In this document: positions 6,884 through 10,172 of the stretch, piece by piece | How the letters are laid out: each line of letters starts with the position of its first letter | Numbering within the stretch: the first letter of the stretch is position 1 | NCBI GenBank assembly: GCA_015231815.1 | Contig: JADGAW010000064.1 | Span: 1 to 10,172, forward strand | Direction of reading: 5' to 3' | Length of the DNA stretch: 10,172 nucleotides | DNA from: Nitrospinota bacterium | GTDB lineage: Bacteria > Nitrospinota_A > JADGAW01 | Made by a program: the position numbers and the translations under genes | Notes under the pieces: model-generated | Told to the model about the DNA's origin: nothing | Database searches by the model: none | What the model saw: the letters and a program-made list of their open reading frames with translations, nothing else

Positions 6884-6899
6884 AACCTTAATTAAGGTT
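6884..6899. promoter_or_regulatory. Perfect 16-bp palindrome AACCTTAATTAAGGTT between the tRNA-Pro 3' end and the MORN gene start
   Basis: The sequence is its own reverse complement, checked base by base. It lies 9 nt downstream of the tRNA CCA end on the minus strand and 57-72 nt upstream of the MORN ATG. It is a possible tRNA 3' processing or terminator hairpin, or an operator. No U-run follows it on the minus strand, so it is not a classical intrinsic terminator. Confidence 0.3.
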
Positions 6900-6908
6900 G
6901 AATAAAAA

Positions 6909-6985
6909 TGGTCGGGGCGAGAAGATTCGAACTTCCGACCACACGACCCCCAGCCGTGTGCGCTACCAGACTGCGCTACGCCCCG
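6909..6985 (-). tRNA. tRNA-Pro (anticodon GGG) with encoded CCA
   Basis: The reverse complement of 6909-6985 is CGGGGCGTAGCGCAGTCTGGTAGCGCACACGGCTGGGGGTCGTGTGGTCGGAAGTTCGAATCTTCTCGCCCCGACCA. It has a 7-bp acceptor stem (CGGGGCG/CGCCCCG), a D-arm GCGC-AGTCTGGTA-GCGC, an anticodon stem CACGG/TCGTG with loop CTGGGGG (anticodon GGG, purine at position 37), a T-loop TTCGAAT and a 3' ACCA. Confidence 0.85.
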
Positions 6986-7402
6986 GTTCACTTACCTATT
7001 AACAGTGAAAACGTGTAGTAAAACAATGTAATACCCTCATCAAGCTTTGGGCATTCCGGTAAAGACGATATATTTTAAATCATAAAGCACTAATCCTGAC
7101 ATTAACATTTGAGAAGCGAAAGAGTTCAGGAAATTTAAGAAAGAGTAAGGTGAACTTGCGAGGTATGAACTAAGCTGTTTAAAGTAAGTAGCTGGAGGAA
7201 AAAGTATAATAAATTTCACTCATATAGAATGTTAGCTAATATCTCAATTGTTGACTTTTAAAATAATGCTGCAGGAACAATTATTGTTAAACCAACCGGT
7301 TCACCAACGGTTTCCTGTTTCATGTAATATGCGAAGAGCCTTTTTTGCTTTAGTTATAGCTCTTGTTTTCACGTATTCAACGTATATATTTATTTCTCTG
7401 AC

Positions 7403-8512
7403 TTAAGGTATGGGCGGTGGAGGTGGGGATGGGGGTGGTGTACTAAAAAGCTTTTGCATTTCTGAAACATCTTTTGCAGGACTCCATCCGCTCATGCCAT
7501 TACACCAAACAAGGGTTTCCTGCTGGAGAGTTCCACTTTGAGCCATTTGACGTAGTTGGTCAAGGGAAAAAGGTCCTTGTTGCTGACCATTTTCAACGGT
7601 ATAGTAAAGTGTTTGAGATGGCGGTGGAGGTGGAGGCGGTGAACCTGTTGAAGGGTTTTGAGTAAATGCCTGACCCATTTGATTTGCCATGGCAAAACCC
7701 ATTCCAAGCCCCATACCACCTGCTGCAGTACCACCAGGATTATTTGCAGCGGCTTCCATTGATGTTGCTGCTTGAAATTGTGTGAAATTATTAAGATTGC
7801 CTAGAATGCCCATTTGGCTTCGCTTATCAAGAGCCTTTTCAACCTCTTCGGGTACCGATACATTTTCAATGAGAAATTTATTTACTGAAATTCCGTATTC
7901 CTTGAATTCTGGGGCGATTTTTTCCTGGATAAATAATGACAATTCGTCATACTGCGATGCAATGTCAAGAACAGGAATACCGGACTCTGCAATGCTATCT
8001 GAAAAGCGGGTGATAATAAGGTTCTTTAATTGCTCGGATATTTCGTTTGTTGTGAAATGTCCGTCAGTTCCAACAATTTCTTTTAAAAGGATGAGTGGAT
8101 CGTCAACCTTGATGGTATAGCTTCCGAAGGCACGTATTCGAATGGGCCCGAATTCTTTGTCCCTTAACATTATTGGGTTTTTCGTTCCCCATTTGAGGTC
8201 AGTAAACGTTCTTGTGTTCAGAAAATAAACCTCAGCCTTGAAGGGACTATTAAACCCATATGGCCAACCTTTCAAGGTTGTCAGGAGTGGAATGTTCTTT
8301 GTTTCGATGGTGTATAGCCCAGGAGTGAAAACATCGGCAACTTGTCCTTCATTTACAAAAATAGCGACTTGTGTTTCACGAACGGTAAGTTTTGCTCCTT
8401 GCTTAATTTCGTTTTGGTAGCGGTCAAACCTCCAGGCCATAGTGTCCCGGCTATCATCAAGCCATTCGATGATGTCAACAAATTCGCCCTTAAATTTATC
8501 AAAAATGCCCAT
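7403..8512 (-). CDS. SPFH (band-7) domain protein of the YdjI / virion-core-protein-like family (COG4260-type), with a Gly/Met-rich linker and a C-terminal GYF_2 (DUF4339) domain flanked by two polyproline tracts
   Basis: The N-terminus MGIFDKFKGEFVDIIEWLDDSRDTMAWRF...NEIKQGAKLTVRETQVAIFVNEGQ...LKGWPYGFNSPFKAEVYFLNTRTFTDLKWGT follows the conserved pattern of B. subtilis YdjI-like SPFH proteins as I recall it. A low-complexity M/G/A/N/Q linker (AGGMGLGMGFAMANQMGQ) is also a YdjI-family feature. The C-terminus LYYTVENGQQQGPFSLDQLRQMAQSGTLQQETLVWCNGMSGWSPAKDV matches the GYF_2/DUF4339 consensus (YY..NGQ..GP.S..EL......G.I...TLVW..GM..W..A..V). PPPPPPP lies at aa 292-298 and PPPSPPPPPIP at aa 358-369. 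A strong SD AGGAGG (reverse complement of 8517-8522) sits 4 nt upstream of the ATG. Confidence 0.8.
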   Translation of the reverse strand: MGIFDKFKGEFVDIIEWLDDSRDTMAWRFDRYQNEIKQGAKLTVRETQVAIFVNEGQVADVFTPGLYTIETKNIPLLTTLKGWPYGFNSPFKAEVYFLNTRTFTDLKWGTKNPIMLRDKEFGPIRIRAFGSYTIKVDDPLILLKEIVGTDGHFTTNEISEQLKNLIITRFSDSIAESGIPVLDIASQYDELSLFIQEKIAPEFKEYGISVNKFLIENVSVPEEVEKALDKRSQMGILGNLNNFTQFQAATSMEAAANNPGGTAAGGMGLGMGFAMANQMGQAFTQNPSTGSPPPPPPPSQTLYYTVENGQQQGPFSLDQLRQMAQSGTLQQETLVWCNGMSGWSPAKDVSEMQKLFSTPPPSPPPPPIP

Positions 8513-8712
8513 GGAGCCTCCTGAAGTAAATTAAAACGTTTGGATAAGTGGATTTTCATTATATACCGAAACGACTTTAGCAACATATGGTAGATATCAT
8601 AAACAAAAGAAAAGGCTTCAAGTTAAACTCGTTGTTTTTTGAGAAATTTATATCAGAATAGAGAAAACCTCACCGTTAATTTTTGCTGATTGGGTTTAGG
8701 GTACGAGACTTC

Positions 8713-10131
8713 TTAATATTTAGATGTTTGGGCAAGAAAGGTGTTGATTCTTTCCAGAGATTTTTCTTTTCCCAGAGTGGCAATGGTTTCATTTAAACCA
8801 ATACCAGAAGTGGAGCCGGTTAAAGCAATTCTAAGGGGTGGACCAACTGTTTTGAATTTAAGTCCGTTTTCCTCAACAAAGGTATGGATGGTTTTTTCTA
8901 TTTCCTCTTTGGAAAAGGTTTCCAAAGAAGTAAATCGTTCCGAAATCTTTTTAACGTTTTCGATATTTTCTTCATTAACGAATTTTTCCAGAGCGATAGG
9001 GTCATATTCCACACTATTATTGAGGAAAAATGACATAGCATTAAACAGCTCTTCCAACGTTTTAGCCTTTTCAGTAAAAAGAGAAACTGTTGCAACGATT
9101 TCTTCTTTCTTTTCTTCAAAAGAGGTTGTATCTTTTTCGTTGCATTTAAGCCATTCGACTAAAAATGCATATAAGCTTTCCGGGTTTTCTTTTCTTAAAT
9201 GCTGAGCATTTACCCAAAGCAATTTTTCCTCATCATAAACAGCATTTGATTTATTTACCCCGGAAATATCAAAAAGGTCGATAAGCTCTTGAGTGGTAAA
9301 AATCTCCTGATCTCCATGAGACCACCCCAGTCGAACAAGGTAATTAATGATTGCTGAAGGAAGATAGCCTTGCTTTTTATAATCAAGAACAGAAGAAACA
9401 TTGTCCCGCTTACTTAGTTTTTGTTTCTTTTTATTTAAAATCATGGAAAGGTGGGTGAACTTCGGCACTTCAAAGCCAAGCCCCTGATAAACCATGATTT
9501 GTTTTGGCGTATTTGCAATATGGTCATTGCCTCTAATAATATGGGTTAAACCCATTTCATGGTCATCAATTGCTACAACAAAGTTATAGGTTGGTGCTCC
9601 ATCAGATCGGGCGATAATAAAATCATCCAGTTCACTTGTTTTGGTAGAAACAGCTCCACGAAGGGTATCTTCAAAAGTAATTGATTCAACAAGAGGACAT
9701 TTTATTCTTATAACAAAAGGCTCTGAACTCTTTTCATCAATGTTAAGCTGTCTGCATTTGCCATCATATTTTGGCTTCGTTTTATTTGCCATACATTCTT
9801 CTCGTAATGCTTGAAGTCTTTCCTGAGTACAAACACAACGGTAAGCTTTTCCTTCTTCTAGTAGCTTTTGAATATATTTTTTATAGATTTCTTCTCTTTG
9901 ACTTTGATAGACCATTGGCTCATCAGAAACCATACCCAGCCATTGCATACTTTTCATGATTTCCTCTTCTGATTCCTTTGTTGAGCGCTCTTTGTCGGTG
10001 TCCTCAATGCGTAAAAGAAACTTTCCCCCGCAGTGTTGTGCATAGAGCCAACTGAAAAGAGCAGTTCTTACCCCTCCAATATGCAGAGCTCCTGTCGGAC
10101 TTGGGGCAAACCGTGTAATAATTTTATTCAT
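8713..10131 (-). CDS. gltX: Glutamate--tRNA ligase (glutamyl-tRNA synthetase)
   Basis: The 472-aa protein starts MNKIITRFAPSPTGALHIGGVRTALFSWLYA (class I HIGH motif). It has the KMSKS-type KLSKR motif, and RIEDTDKERS and IIRGNDHIANTPKQIMVYQGLG, as in bacterial GluRS. Confidence 0.95.
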   Translation of the reverse strand: MNKIITRFAPSPTGALHIGGVRTALFSWLYAQHCGGKFLLRIEDTDKERSTKESEEEIMKSMQWLGMVSDEPMVYQSQREEIYKKYIQKLLEEGKAYRCVCTQERLQALREECMANKTKPKYDGKCRQLNIDEKSSEPFVIRIKCPLVESITFEDTLRGAVSTKTSELDDFIIARSDGAPTYNFVVAIDDHEMGLTHIIRGNDHIANTPKQIMVYQGLGFEVPKFTHLSMILNKKKQKLSKRDNVSSVLDYKKQGYLPSAIINYLVRLGWSHGDQEIFTTQELIDLFDISGVNKSNAVYDEEKLLWVNAQHLRKENPESLYAFLVEWLKCNEKDTTSFEEKKEEIVATVSLFTEKAKTLEELFNAMSFFLNNSVEYDPIALEKFVNEENIENVKKISERFTSLETFSKEEIEKTIHTFVEENGLKFKTVGPPLRIALTGSTSGIGLNETIATLGKEKSLERINTFLAQTSKY

Positions 10132-10172
10132 AATGGTTTTAATGGTTAAAAGAGCGAACTATTATAAATGAT

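Noticed and set aside
5889-6908. Possible genomic island integrated at the tRNA-Pro 3' end (MORN/flippase block)
   Set aside because: No integrase, recombinase or transposase gene. No direct repeat of the tRNA 3' end. The block includes the housekeeping genes trpC and a MurJ/Wzx-like flippase.
7334-7364. AAGAGC...GCTCTT inverted repeat downstream of the SPFH gene, considered as its terminator
   Set aside because: A 6-bp stem with a 19-nt loop, and no U-tract following it on the minus strand. That is not convincing for an intrinsic terminator.
8539-8547. TTTGGATAA, one mismatch from the DnaA-box complement TGTGGATAA, in the gltX/SPFH intergenic region
   Set aside because: A single isolated 1-mismatch 9-mer. 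About two such matches are expected by chance in 10 kb on both strands. It is not clustered and not near dnaA.
7474-8586. Six short ORFs (60-112 aa) overlapping the SPFH-GYF_2 gene
   Set aside because: They are alternative or antisense frames of a well-supported 369-aa gene that has a strong AGGAGG ribosome-binding site.
8741-9959. Three ORFs (154, 73 and 62 aa) overlapping gltX
   Set aside because: They lie inside gltX, whose product carries unambiguous class I aaRS motifs. These frames are alternative or antisense.
1-10172. CRISPR arrays, IS elements, toxin-antitoxin pairs and restriction-modification or other known defence genes
   Set aside because: I saw no regularly spaced direct repeats, no transposase-like ORFs with terminal inverted repeats, and no small adjacent ORF pairs. 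All the large ORFs are accounted for by the annotated genes.

Overview
This is a low-GC, AT-rich bacterial chromosomal window (roughly one-third G+C by eye). It holds eight protein-coding genes (one partial) and one tRNA. Listed 5' to 3' on the + strand: (1) the N-terminal 206 codons of dnaA on the minus strand, running off the window start; (2) a divergently transcribed 368-aa membrane-anchored protein of unknown function, carrying a G8 homopolymer inside its TM-coding segment; (3) a response regulator with a C-terminal HD-GYP (c-di-GMP phosphodiesterase-type) domain, minus strand; (4) a small ArsR/SmtB-family HTH regulator, plus strand; (5) a co-directional minus-strand block of tRNA-Pro(GGG), a secreted MORN-repeat protein, a MurJ/Wzx-like MOP-superfamily flippase, and trpC (indole-3-glycerol-phosphate synthase), with trpC translationally coupled to the flippase by an ATGA overlap; (6) a YdjI-like SPFH-domain protein with a C-terminal GYF_2 (DUF4339) domain bracketed by two polyproline tracts, minus strand; (7) gltX (glutamate--tRNA ligase), minus strand. 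I saw no CRISPR array, transposase, integrase or recognisable defence or toxin gene. The most unusual items are the SPFH-GYF_2 fusion with flanking polyproline tracts, the G8 tract in the dnaA-adjacent unknown gene, the MORN-repeat secreted protein with Cys-rich caps, the orphan trpC coupled to a flippase, and a 417-nt ORF-free gap next to tRNA-Pro. Product assignments rest on motifs I recognised by eye, not on searches, and I do not see a clear new multi-gene system in this window.
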